Notes under the pieces: generated by a model | The model's database searches: none | Told to the model about the DNA's origin: nothing | The model's input: only the letters and a program-made list of their open reading frames with translations | Part shown: positions 17,716 through 27,379 of the stretch, piece by piece | How positions within the stretch are numbered: the first letter of the stretch is position 1 | Layout: the number at the start of each line of letters is the position of its first letter | Position numbers and translations under genes: made by a program | DNA from: Candidatus Saccharimonadota bacterium | Lineage (GTDB): Bacteria > Patescibacteriota > Saccharimonadia > Saccharimonadales > UBA4665 | DNA: 32,000 bases | NCBI GenBank assembly: GCA_002952755.1 | Contig: CP025011.1 | Span: 990,001 to 1,022,000 of the forward strand | Direction of reading: 5' to 3'

Positions 17716-18531
17716 ATGAGTGAGTCCTCCTACGATAAAGAGGCGTTCTCTTCTTGGAAACGTGAACTTGCCGACATGGGTATCAAACCCGCCGACATCC
17801 CGTCAGGCGAGAGAGACGCCCATAAACGGTTGGACGGAACTACACAGTACGAAGTGCTAGCCGCGCTGCCAGTCGATAGTACTATCTTGCCCCGCGCCGG
17901 ATTCCTAGCAGTTACCCAAAGGACCATCCTGGGATCGCATGAAATCTCCGCCGAAGGGTTCGAGGCAGCCGAAACCAAATACAATCTTGCTAAGCGAACA
18001 GCGCGGCTAATGACAGACGCGCCAAATATTGGAAAGATGTGCGCATCCTTAGGCATGTTTGCCAGAAGTGACCGGAGTAGGGATTGGGAAAGGCACACCC
18101 TATACTATGCGCCACCTGAAGCAGTTATTAGGCACGCGACCTCCCAAATTGAAAGCGGGAGCCTTGTTCTCGGCCGGCACGGCGAAAGCGTTAAAGGCAA
18201 AAAGCCTGCAGTGCGTTTCGTTATTCCGATGGGTGCTGAATATCGTACAGAGGATGTATTAGATTATCTTCGTAAAGGGGAGGTGCCTATATACGACATC
18301 TTTACCGTCCCGGCCTGGTTGTCATTGCCGCCCGAACTTATTGAGAATATCTGTATTGGCGCCGCGCGCTTTACCAAGAGTGCTAAGACACCAGTACAGC
18401 GAGAGCAACAGTACCAAAGACGCGAACAACTTGGAAATATAGTTGCAACCGATGTCACTCCCAGCGGCATTCTGGATATTGCCCAAAATGGTGCGGAAAG
18501 CCTTTCTGGGCCCAATGGTTATCCAAGCTGA
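17716..18531 (+). CDS. Hypothetical protein (271 aa, soluble, no motif recognised)
   Basis: Long ORF with composition like its neighbours. The first ATG is at 17716; the track's TTG at 17680 coincides with the -35 box. It is convergent with atpC. Confidence 0.6.
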   Translation: MSESSYDKEAFSSWKRELADMGIKPADIPSGERDAHKRLDGTTQYEVLAALPVDSTILPRAGFLAVTQRTILGSHEISAEGFEAAETKYNLAKRTARLMTDAPNIGKMCASLGMFARSDRSRDWERHTLYYAPPEAVIRHATSQIESGSLVLGRHGESVKGKKPAVRFVIPMGAEYRTEDVLDYLRKGEVPIYDIFTVPAWLSLPPELIENICIGAARFTKSAKTPVQREQQYQRREQLGNIVATDVTPSGILDIAQNGAESLSGPNGYPS

Positions 18532-18672
18532 GCGCTATACCAGAGGCCCACACAGTATCGGTAACGGACGTAGCCTTAAGGATAAGTGCCCTCTTTGTGC
18601 AGGAAGGCGAGCATAAGCAAAGCGTCAATAATGCCAGTAGCTCTCAACAGAACACGAGGAACAGCAACACGC

Positions 18673-19101
18673 CTATCGCTGGCGCGAGTGACGACGTCGG
18701 AGTTCAGCAACCTGCAAGCGGACGCCCCGGCGCTCCAGGAGCGTTTGGGCGCGGTCAAGCTCAACCTGGTTTTTAGCGTCTTTGGTAAGTCGCACTGCTT
18801 CGTCGTGGGCTTTTTGCGCCTCGGCGAGGTTAATCTCATCACCATGTGTAGCTTCGTCTACCAAAATACGTACGCCTTTGCTACTAATCTCTAATACGCC
18901 GCCGTAAGCTGCGTAGTGTTCGAGATGATAGTCAGCATCACTTTTAGTGCGACGAATAGTGATGACGCCAGGGACGAGCTCGCTAAGCAATGGCTCATGG
19001 CCAGGCAAGACAGTAATCTCGCCGTCGGCTGTTGGCAAAATAACCGAATAGGCATCCGCCTTAAACTTCACTCCGTCCAGCGTGACTAGCTCGAGATGCA
19101 T
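18673..19101 (-). CDS. atpC: F1 ATP synthase epsilon subunit
   Basis: MHLELVTLDGVKFKADAYSVILPTADGEITVLPGHEPLLSEL is the classical epsilon beta-sandwich N terminus. It starts 4 nt after the atpD stop. Confidence 0.9.
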   Translation of the reverse strand: MHLELVTLDGVKFKADAYSVILPTADGEITVLPGHEPLLSELVPGVITIRRTKSDADYHLEHYAAYGGVLEISSKGVRILVDEATHGDEINLAEAQKAHDEAVRLTKDAKNQVELDRAQTLLERRGVRLQVAELRRRHSRQR

Positions 19102-19105
19102 ATCT

Positions 19106-20524
<1,419 letters not shown>

Positions 20525-20558
20525 TTATGCTGCGCCGGGTAGGTGTGGTTTAGAGCAT

Positions 20559-21428
20559 TCATTTCAGTGCCTCCGCGCCGCCAGTGATTTCGGCCAACTC
20601 CTGAGTGATGGCAGCCTGCCGGGCGTTGTTATACTCAAGCGTCAGGTCGTCAATAATATCCGAAGCGTTATCGGTAGCGTTCTTCATGGCCAACATACGC
20701 ATTGACTGCTCCGAGGCGATGGCTTCCAAAAAACCCTGATAAATCTGCGATTCGAGCAAGCGCAGCGTGGCGGCCTTGATGAGCGAAGCGGCATCGGGCT
20801 CGACATCGGCGTGCGCCAACTCATCGTCCAGCTCTACTTCGTCGAATCCGGCAGGTAGCAAACGTTGCACCTGCACCTGCTGGCTGATGCTGGATATGAA
20901 CTTGGTATAAATAATATCTACTTGGTCGATCGCACCGTCAGCAAATAAACCTACAACCGAGGTCAAAATGGGGCGTAAGTCGTCTGCTGAGGGCTTATCG
21001 GGCATTTTGTTATACACTGCTTCGACTTCGATGCCATTAATGTGCGAGGCAGCCTGTGCGGCCTTGCGGCCAATGGTTATAACGCTGGTTTTGATATTCT
21101 TATCGCGATCAGCTTGGGCCTGCGCGATCATTGCGCGAATGACGTTGGCATCGTAGGCTCCTGCCAAACCGAGATCTGAGGTAATGATAATGAGTAAACG
21201 GCGCTTCACTGGACGAGCAGTAAACAAGCGGTACTCGCTGTCATCGGCAGCAATCTGACGCAGACGCGTCAAAATCTCGCGGGCCAACTCGGCATAGGCG
21301 CGTGGGCGTACCACCGCCTCTTGTGCATGGCGCAACTTGCTTGCTGCCACTAGCTGCATAGCCTTGGTAATCTGTCGGGTATTGCGGACAGAACCGATCC
21401 GTCGTTTAATCTGCTGCCGAGACGCCAT
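20559..21428 (-). CDS. atpG: F1 ATP synthase gamma subunit
   Basis: 289 aa. N terminus IKRRIGSVRNTRQITKAMQLVAASKLR and C terminus ITQELAEITGGAEAL are gamma hallmarks. Confidence 0.95.
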   Translation of the reverse strand: MASRQQIKRRIGSVRNTRQITKAMQLVAASKLRHAQEAVVRPRAYAELAREILTRLRQIAADDSEYRLFTARPVKRRLLIIITSDLGLAGAYDANVIRAMIAQAQADRDKNIKTSVITIGRKAAQAASHINGIEVEAVYNKMPDKPSADDLRPILTSVVGLFADGAIDQVDIIYTKFISSISQQVQVQRLLPAGFDEVELDDELAHADVEPDAASLIKAATLRLLESQIYQGFLEAIASEQSMRMLAMKNATDNASDIIDDLTLEYNNARQAAITQELAEITGGAEALK

Positions 21429-21430
21429 AG

Positions 21431-21763
21431 TTAGCCCTCGCTCGCTTCCGGCGTTTGCTCTAACGGGTGCAGTCCCAAACCAAACTGCGCTGCTGCATGA
21501 CCCAAATAAGCTCTCTTAACAGCACGAATTACATCGCCCGAAGGACCAGTTCTCTCTGGGTTTTTAGCTTGGTCCCTCGTTAGTTCAACAAGTGTGGCAA
21601 TTGTAGCACTTTCAGGACTGGCACCTGCGGCCTCATCAAAATGCTCAGGAGACATAGACCCCATCAAGATAGCAATCTGTGCAGGAAGGTTTAAACCCTG
21701 GGCCCAGGCATCAAGGTGTGGATCTGACCCTGCGTGTTGTTCAAATTCGTGAGGCGTGGCCAT
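21431..21763 (-). CDS. Hypothetical 110-aa acidic soluble protein encoded between atpA and atpG
   Basis: The ATG at 21763 lies 3 nt after the atpA TAA (21767-21769), and the TAA at 21431-21433 lies 2 nt before the atpG ATG (21428). The ORF fills the alpha-gamma gap exactly. No known ATP synthase subunit motif was recognised. Confidence 0.6.
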   Translation of the reverse strand: MATPHEFEQHAGSDPHLDAWAQGLNLPAQIAILMGSMSPEHFDEAAGASPESATIATLVELTRDQAKNPERTGPSGDVIRAVKRAYLGHAAAQFGLGLHPLEQTPEASEG

Positions 21764-21766
21764 GGC

Positions 21767-23317
21767 TTATTTAGATTCCTTCTTCTTGGCGGTGGCGTAG
21801 CCTTTAGCCACTTGCTGGGCGGCTTCCAGAATAGTCTTTTCGATATCTTCGGTGGGCTTGTCGCCCTTGTTCAAAGTCTTCACTACAGCACCGTGCTTAT
21901 CTTCCATGTAGGCGATTAACTCGGCCTGGGCGTCCTTAATTTTCTCGGTTGGTACGACGTCGAAGGCGCCCTTTGTGGCAGCCATCAGGCTGACAACTTG
22001 CTCGGCTATGCTCAACGGTTGGTACTGCTTTTGTTTGAGCAGTTCGGTCAGGCGTTGGCCACGCTCGATACGCTGTTTGGTTTCTTCGTCGAGGTCGCTA
22101 CTAAACTGGGCAAATGAAGCCAGCTCGCGGAACTGGGCTAGCGACAGCTTCAGACCACCCGATACGCTCTTAACCGCCTTGGTCTGGGCAGCGCCACCCA
22201 CACGTGACACCGACAAGCCAACGGAGATAGCCGGGCGGACACCCTGGTAGAACAGACTGGTTTCCAGGAAAATCTGGCCGTCGGTAATCGAAATGACATT
22301 GGTGGGAATATAGGCAGAGATGTCGCCAGCTTGAGTTTCGATGATTGGTAGGGCAGTCAGCGAACCAGCACCGAGGTCGTCGTTCAGTTTTGCGGCGCGC
22401 TCCAGCAAGCGGGAGTGCAGGTAGAAGACGTCACCAGGGAAGGCCTCGCGGCCTGGTGGACGGCGGAGCAGGAGGCTCATTTGGCGGTAGGCAACGGCGT
22501 GCTTCGTAAGGTCGTCGTGCACAATCAAAGCGTGCTGACCGTTGTCGCGGAAGTATTCGCCCATGGCGGTACCAGCATAGGGGGCCAAGTAGAGCAGTGG
22601 AGCAGGATCGGCCGGGCTGGTAGCTACAATAACGGTCTGATCCATAACACCTTCGCGCTTCAAACGCTCCACAAGAGCGGCTACTTTGGACAATTTTTGA
22701 CCGATAGCAACGTAGACGTTTACCACGCCGGTTTTTTGCTTGGCCTGGTTAATCATAGTGTCGAGCGCGATAGCCGTTTTACCCGTTTGGCGGTCGCCGA
22801 TCAGTAGTTCACGCTGACCGCGGCCGATGGGGGTTAGGGCATCGATAGCAATGAGTCCGGTCATCAGTGGTTCGTGCACGCTCTTACGGGCCATGACGCC
22901 GGGAGCCTGGCGCTCCAGCAGACCACGTTCTTTAGCCTTAATTGGGCCCTTGCCGTCAAGTGGTTCGCCGAGCGGATTTACCACACGGCCAACAAGTTCG
23001 GGACCAATAGGCACATCAAGGACGTGGCCAGTCATGGTCACTTTAGCGCCAGCAACCACCTGGGAGTCGTCGCCCAAAATCACGGCACCGATTTCGTCCT
23101 CCAACAAGTTCAGGGCAAATGCGGTCACCTTGCCGCCCTGGAGCGTCTCAATTTCGATCACTTCGTTATAGCCAGCGCTGCGCAAGCCATAAATCCAGGC
23201 TACGCCGTCGCCAACGCGGGTAACGATACCCGCTTCTTCGAGGCCTTTGCTAGTGCGTAGCGATTGGATCGCATCGCGCAGTTCGGCTGATAATTCTTGG
23301 ATTGCTAATTCGCTCAT
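21767..23317 (-). CDS. atpA: F1 ATP synthase alpha subunit
   Basis: 516 aa with Walker A GDRQTGKT and alpha-typical segments ([45 protein letters not shown]). Confidence 0.97.
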   Translation of the reverse strand: MSELAIQELSAELRDAIQSLRTSKGLEEAGIVTRVGDGVAWIYGLRSAGYNEVIEIETLQGGKVTAFALNLLEDEIGAVILGDDSQVVAGAKVTMTGHVLDVPIGPELVGRVVNPLGEPLDGKGPIKAKERGLLERQAPGVMARKSVHEPLMTGLIAIDALTPIGRGQRELLIGDRQTGKTAIALDTMINQAKQKTGVVNVYVAIGQKLSKVAALVERLKREGVMDQTVIVATSPADPAPLLYLAPYAGTAMGEYFRDNGQHALIVHDDLTKHAVAYRQMSLLLRRPPGREAFPGDVFYLHSRLLERAAKLNDDLGAGSLTALPIIETQAGDISAYIPTNVISITDGQIFLETSLFYQGVRPAISVGLSVSRVGGAAQTKAVKSVSGGLKLSLAQFRELASFAQFSSDLDEETKQRIERGQRLTELLKQKQYQPLSIAEQVVSLMAATKGAFDVVPTEKIKDAQAELIAYMEDKHGAVVKTLNKGDKPTEDIEKTILEAAQQVAKGYATAKKKESK

Positions 23318-23341
23318 ATATTCTTCTCTAATCTCCTGGTG

Positions 23342-23737
23342 TTAAAGGCTCGCTAATTGCTTGAGTTGGGTGCGTACGCTGGCGTCGAGCTGACCGTCGG
23401 GAGTGCGGGCGATAAGGCCGCCAAGGAGTTCAGGGTCGACGTGCTCGGCAAATTCGACATGGCGGGCGCCAGTGGCTTGTTGCAAGGTGTGCTTAAGTTC
23501 TACGCGAACAGCGTCGCTCAGTTTTCGCGCGCTCGTGACATCTACGAGTAAGTGGCCACTCTGCTGATGCAGCTCATGAGCGACGTCGTTGATAAACAAA
23601 TCAATATCGTCGATCATGTGCTGCTCCATAAGATAGGCAGCAGTTGCCAACATCCAGTGTTTAACACGAGTCGGCTCGCTCAGCAGCTTCTCGGCTACAG
23701 TCCGGGCCAAGACACGGCGCGAAACCTTGCTGTTCAT
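23342..23737 (-). CDS. atpH: F1 ATP synthase delta (OSCP) subunit, short form (131 aa)
   Basis: The C terminus VDPELLGGLIARTPDGQLDASVRTQLKQL is the conserved delta motif. ATG at 23737 is preceded by GGGAGAAGG and lies 4 nt after the atpF stop. The longer track ORF (TTG at 23812) would overlap atpF by 71 nt with a junk-like N terminus. Confidence 0.8.
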   Translation of the reverse strand: MNSKVSRRVLARTVAEKLLSEPTRVKHWMLATAAYLMEQHMIDDIDLFINDVAHELHQQSGHLLVDVTSARKLSDAVRVELKHTLQQATGARHVEFAEHVDPELLGGLIARTPDGQLDASVRTQLKQLASL

Positions 23738-23741
23738 ATGT

Positions 23742-24275
23742 CTACACCTTCTCCCGCGCGAGCGCTTTTTTAACCAGGTCGGCGTCCTTTGATGCGTCCA
23801 GTTTTTCGCCAATAATACGCTCGGTAGCGAGGGCTACGAGCTCGATGGTATCTTTCTTGAGCGCGGCACGGGCCTTGGTAACTTCTACACTTAAGGTAGC
23901 ATGAGCGTCAGCCACTATTTGCTCGGCACGGGCCTTGGCTTTACTTTCGGCGTCAGCAATCATGCTGGCCGATTCTTGCTGGGTGCGTGCCAAAATATCG
24001 TCGGCATCCTTGCGGGCCTCAGCAAGCATTTCAGCAACACGGGCCTCGGCCTTTTCAAGTGCAGCCTGACTTTCTTTGGCCTCTTCCAGGCCGGCTTCAA
24101 TAGTTGCCCGACGGTCGTCAATCGCTTTAACGAGAGCTGGGTACACAAATTTGCCCAAGATTGCAACCAAGATGAGGAAGCCAACGCCTTGCTCGACAAG
24201 CAATTTCCAATCAATACCAAGCGCCTGGAGCAGTCCAGGTGATGCTGCGTTTGTCGTTGCTAGTACACTAAGCAT
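23742..24275 (-). CDS. atpF: Fo ATP synthase b subunit
   Basis: 177 aa with a single N-terminal TM (GVGFLILVAILGKFVYPALVKAI), followed by a long charged Ala/Glu/Lys-rich helix typical of subunit b. Confidence 0.85.
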   Translation of the reverse strand: MLSVLATTNAASPGLLQALGIDWKLLVEQGVGFLILVAILGKFVYPALVKAIDDRRATIEAGLEEAKESQAALEKAEARVAEMLAEARKDADDILARTQQESASMIADAESKAKARAEQIVADAHATLSVEVTKARAALKKDTIELVALATERIIGEKLDASKDADLVKKALAREKV

Positions 24276-24295
24276 GGTGTGTTACTTTTAAACCC

Positions 24296-24511
24296 TTACT
24301 TCAAGAATTTGACAATTAAAGCAACAACCAAACCAATGATCGCCAAGGCATCCACGAAGGACATGGCCAAAATCATAAGGGTGCGGATCTTGCCCAAGGC
24401 TTCAGGGTTGCGGCCAGCTGCTTGTACAGCACCCAAACCCACAAGGCCCAAACCAATACCACAACCTGCTGCGGCGATGGCGTAGGTGAGACCAAATGCT
24501 AATGATTCCAT
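24296..24511 (-). CDS. atpE: Fo ATP synthase c subunit
   Basis: 71-aa hairpin proteolipid with the GRNPE loop and the helix-2 carboxylate in FVDALAI. Confidence 0.9.
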   Translation of the reverse strand: MESLAFGLTYAIAAAGCGIGLGLVGLGAVQAAGRNPEALGKIRTLMILAMSFVDALAIIGLVVALIVKFLK

Positions 24512-24535
24512 TAATAACTCCTTTTATTACCTAAT

Positions 24536-25327
24536 TTATGCTTTATCTGCGGCAGCATCTGCATGCGCATCCTCGCCATTCGGCAGGCCCAAACTAATGA
24601 ACGCAACCGTCAACATAAAGAACACATACGCCTGAACGGCGCCGACAAATAACTCCAACACGTAAAACAGTGGCAGGGACAGGGAAGCGGCATAGCTGCT
24701 TAGGTAGGCGATCACTGCCAGCAGCACTTCGCCACCGAACACGTTCCCAAAAATACGCAAAGACAGGGCGAGCGTGCGTGAAAATTCGGCTACAATTTCG
24801 AGCACGCCTTCGAAGCTGTGCAGGGGGTCCTTCAGCGGGCTAATAAGATAACGACGGATGTTGCCGAGGAAGCCGTGTTTACGGATAGCCCACACTTGCG
24901 CGGTGGTCATCGAGATGATCGCCAGCGCGAAGGTCATGTTCATGTCGGCGGCGGCACCGCGGAATACTTCAGTACCGTGATATTTAACGGCACCTACAAA
25001 AGGCAATATGCCAAGCCAGTTATTGATCAGAAAAAAGAATAGGAGCGTCACGGACAGTGGCATCACTTTTCGCGCCACAGCTTTATCGCCAATAACCTCT
25101 ACGGTCGTGTCATACAAACTTTCGAAAGCCCACAACATAAGGTGCATCAGGCGGCTACGCGAGCCCTTACGGACGGCACGAACAGCGCCAAACATAATGG
25201 TCAGCAAAATAAGTACACCGAGAGTGCCGAGCATCTGTGAGTTTGTTACCGGCATCGAGCCGATATGGAACAGTGTCTCGGGGGCCACACTCACTGTAGG
25301 GGTAGCTGAAGCAATTGTTGTGAGCAC
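24536..25327 (-). CDS. atpB: Fo ATP synthase a subunit
   Basis: 263 aa and polytopic, with the conserved Arg segment LSLRIFGNVFGGE. It uses a GTG start that overlaps the upstream stop by 1 nt. Confidence 0.9.
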   Translation of the reverse strand: MLTTIASATPTVSVAPETLFHIGSMPVTNSQMLGTLGVLILLTIMFGAVRAVRKGSRSRLMHLMLWAFESLYDTTVEVIGDKAVARKVMPLSVTLLFFFLINNWLGILPFVGAVKYHGTEVFRGAAADMNMTFALAIISMTTAQVWAIRKHGFLGNIRRYLISPLKDPLHSFEGVLEIVAEFSRTLALSLRIFGNVFGGEVLLAVIAYLSSYAASLSLPLFYVLELFVGAVQAYVFFMLTVAFISLGLPNGEDAHADAAADKA

Positions 25328-25596
25328 TATTTATCTCCCTCCGCACGCTCGACGGCGGCCAGCTGTCGTTTAACGAGGGCTACTGCCAAGCCAAAACCGA
25401 TCACGACACTCAAGAGCGTCAGCCACGGCTTCGAGCCAAAATGGCGATCGCCGATCAAACCCAGTACCGTGAACAGCACAACCGGCGTCGCAATCCGCCA
25501 AGTGGTATCCAAAAAAGTCACAGCAATACTACCGAACCCGAAAACGGGGTCAGCTGGGTGAGGTTTAGTCGTCGGATTCGCGGCGGCCTGCTTCAT
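25327..25596 (-). CDS. AtpZ/AtpI-like small membrane protein, first gene of the ATP synthase operon
   Basis: 89 aa with two TM segments. Its position immediately upstream of atpB and the segment LGLIGDRHFGSKPWLTLLSVVIGFGLA resemble the AtpZ/AtpI family. Confidence 0.7.
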   Translation of the reverse strand: MKQAAANPTTKPHPADPVFGFGSIAVTFLDTTWRIATPVVLFTVLGLIGDRHFGSKPWLTLLSVVIGFGLAVALVKRQLAAVERAEGDK

Positions 25597-25604
25597 TTCT
25601 CTAC

Positions 25605-25633
25605 ACTATAGCAAACAGGGGTGCGGGATGCAA
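25605..25633 (-). promoter_or_regulatory. ATP synthase operon promoter TTGCAT-17 nt-TATAGT, 8 nt upstream of the ATG (leaderless-type)
   Basis: Read on the minus strand: TTGCAT (25633-25628), the 17-nt spacer cccgcacccctgtttgc, TATAGT (25610-25605), gtagagaa, then ATG (25596). No SD is present. Confidence 0.55.
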
Positions 25634-25851
25634 TGATTTTACTCCTTCCGAAGACTTACATGCCGGTCATGTTACTGGTTCCCCGCCTCTGAGGTCATGT
25701 ATGTCTAATTCCTAATTATTTGAGGGGCCCTCGTTACGGTCATTCCGCACTCGATCCGGATCCATCCTCTATTGCCTTAAGCACAATGTCGTTGTTGATA
25801 TAGATTTCGGCTCCAGGGGGGAATGATAGGAAAAATGGATGACCACGAGAG

Positions 25852-25870
25852 TTCCGGATTAAGTCCGGAA
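25852..25870. repeat. Perfect 7-bp inverted repeat TTCCGGA-ttaag-TCCGGAA
   Basis: Arms at 25852-25858 and 25864-25870 in the 343-nt atpZ/grx divergent intergenic region, about 35 nt upstream of the putative grx -35 box. Confidence 0.3.
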
Positions 25871-25903
25871 TGGCAAAAGAAATGTAGTACTAAAGCAGGC
25901 CAG

Positions 25904-25933
25904 TGGACGCCTTTTTAGAAGAGATGCTATACT
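25904..25933 (+). promoter_or_regulatory. Candidate promoter TGGACG-18 nt-TATACT, 6 nt upstream of the ATG at 25940 (leaderless-type)
   Basis: TGGACG at 25904-25909 and TATACT at 25928-25933, followed by aagtat and ATG. No SD is present. Confidence 0.4.
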
Positions 25934-25939
25934 AAGTAT

Positions 25940-26197
25940 ATGAATACGCCAAACTCCCAGATTACTATTTACGGAGCCGACTGGTGTGCCTTCTGCCACG
26001 AAGCCATGCGCTACCTAGACAAGCTAAACGTTGCGTACATCTACAAAAACGTTGACTTAAATAGTGATGACGCCAAAACAGTCGTCGAAAAATCCGGCCA
26101 AACCGGAATCCCCGTGATTGACATGGATGGTGAGATTATCGTCGGCTTCGACCGCCCCAAGATCGACTCTACCCTCAAAGCCAAAAAACTTTTATAA
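25940..26197 (+). CDS. Glutaredoxin-like (NrdH/YruB-type) small thiol-disulfide oxidoreductase
   Basis: 85 aa with the thioredoxin-fold pattern ITIYGADWCAFCHEAMRYL (CxxC) and the downstream TGIPVI...G..IVGF segment typical of glutaredoxins. Confidence 0.8.
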   Translation: MNTPNSQITIYGADWCAFCHEAMRYLDKLNVAYIYKNVDLNSDDAKTVVEKSGQTGIPVIDMDGEIIVGFDRPKIDSTLKAKKLL

Positions 26198-26257
26198 CGT
26201 TTGGAGCAACACTCTGTATACTTCTATGACTAGCAAAGTCTAAGGGGAGAAAAGAAT

Positions 26258-26752
26258 ATGAGCGGACCATCCAGCCTGAGGCCTATGGCGGTAATGGAGC
26301 TTAGGCTTGGAGAAATCCAAAAACGTCGGCCCGGGCTCGTCTTACCACGTTTAGTGGATGTAACCGGATCGATACTTGAGCGACAAGAGCTCCGCAATCC
26401 ACTCGTATGGGGAGCACTCGTGACAGGGCATCTTGCAAATATCGACCTGCCGCCTCAGGCTCACCCTGCGCCAGAGATTTTAGATCGCTTAGATGTACAT
26501 TCCCAACATTTGTGTGCCGACCTTACGTATGACAACCACGGAGGGCTTCCGCACGACACCGCGATGGAGTACATAGAAGCTGCCACGCAGACAGGCATAC
26601 CCGACTCAAGTATTATTTTTCTGGGAAGTCTCCGTAAGCAGCTGCGGAGCGAAGGGCATTTTGCCGAAGTCCCGGTGACAGACGCACTCGGTATATTGTG
26701 CCATGCTGCAATCCAGGGGACACTTGCGCCTCCTAACGAAATAGCAGCATAA
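26258..26752 (+). CDS. Hypothetical protein (164 aa)
   Basis: A strong SD (AAGGGGAG) lies 7 nt upstream of the ATG, and the next gene starts 11 nt after its stop. No motif was recognised. Confidence 0.55.
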   Translation: MSGPSSLRPMAVMELRLGEIQKRRPGLVLPRLVDVTGSILERQELRNPLVWGALVTGHLANIDLPPQAHPAPEILDRLDVHSQHLCADLTYDNHGGLPHDTAMEYIEAATQTGIPDSSIIFLGSLRKQLRSEGHFAEVPVTDALGILCHAAIQGTLAPPNEIAA

Positions 26753-26763
26753 TAACTGAGGCT

Positions 26764-27333
26764 ATGGCTTTCGAAGATTACCAAACCAAAGAATCGGTCG
26801 TCGTAGTGTACACCGGCGAGAGCAAGGGTAAAACCAGCGCCGGGCTCGGCCTAATGGTTCGCGCTCTCGGCAATCGCTGGAATGTCGCTTTCATTCAATT
26901 CATTAAATACTGGGGCGTCGGCGAGCATGTGTTCATCCGGGACATTATGCCGCTGTATGGCGACCAACTTCATTTCTACAAGGGTGGCAAGGGTTTCTAT
27001 AATGCTGGCGAGCTAAGTGCCGAATTTGTGACGCCCGAGCAGCACAAAGCAGCCGCCCTCCAAACCTACAGGGAAGCACTTCGCTGTGCTACATCCGGCG
27101 ATTTTAATCTAGTTATCTGCGATGAGATCAACAACGCCGTGCATGATGGGCTCCTTACAAAAGCCCAACTGGAAAAGCTAATTAGCGGCCGTGCACCCAG
27201 CACCAGCATCTGCCTCACCGGGCGCGATTTTCCTCAAAGCCTCGTTCCAAAAGCAGACATTGTTACCAATATGACCAAGGTCAAACACCACTTCGACGAA
27301 AAGTTCCTCGCGAGCAAAGGCATCGATTTTTAA
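26764..27333 (+). CDS. CobA/CobO/BtuR-family ATP:cob(I)alamin adenosyltransferase-like P-loop protein
   Basis: VVVYTGESKGKTSAGLGLMVRALGNRWNVAFIQFIK...LVICDEINNAV...CLTGRDFP...ADIVTNMTKVKHHFDEKFLASKGIDF tracks the CobA-family consensus along its full length (P-loop, DE box, TGR, KHpf...GieF). Confidence 0.8.
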   Translation: MAFEDYQTKESVVVVYTGESKGKTSAGLGLMVRALGNRWNVAFIQFIKYWGVGEHVFIRDIMPLYGDQLHFYKGGKGFYNAGELSAEFVTPEQHKAAALQTYREALRCATSGDFNLVICDEINNAVHDGLLTKAQLEKLISGRAPSTSICLTGRDFPQSLVPKADIVTNMTKVKHHFDEKFLASKGIDF

Positions 27334-27343
27334 TCTCGCCAGC

Positions 27344-27373
27344 TTGCCGTATACATAAGCTAGATGTTATAAC
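27344..27373 (+). promoter_or_regulatory. Candidate promoter TTGCCG-18 nt-TATAAC, 6 nt upstream of the ATG at 27380 (leaderless-type)
   Basis: TTGCCG at 27344-27349 and TATAAC at 27368-27373, followed by gaacga and ATG. No SD is present. Confidence 0.35.
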
Positions 27374-27379
27374 GAACGA

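Noticed and set aside
18576-18894. ORFs of 89 aa (minus) and 102 aa (plus) at the atpC 3' end
   Set aside because: They overlap atpC in other frames or on the other strand, with junk-like translations and no SD or promoter.
22415-23260. Long plus-strand ORFs (130, 114 and 128 aa) antisense to atpA
   Set aside because: They lie entirely inside the unambiguous atpA gene on the opposite strand and have Arg/Ser/Pro/Ala-rich junk-like translations. These are typical shadow ORFs of GC-rich coding sequence.
23738-23812. Longer atpH start (TTG at 23812)
   Set aside because: It would overlap atpF by 71 nt and add a K/R/W-rich sequence. ATG 23737 has a good SD and lies 4 nt after the atpF stop.
25597-26763. 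Cobalamin riboswitch upstream of the CobO-like gene
   Set aside because: No B12-box-like conserved core or suitable long structured leader was seen. The CobO-like gene is separated by only 11 nt from the preceding ORF.
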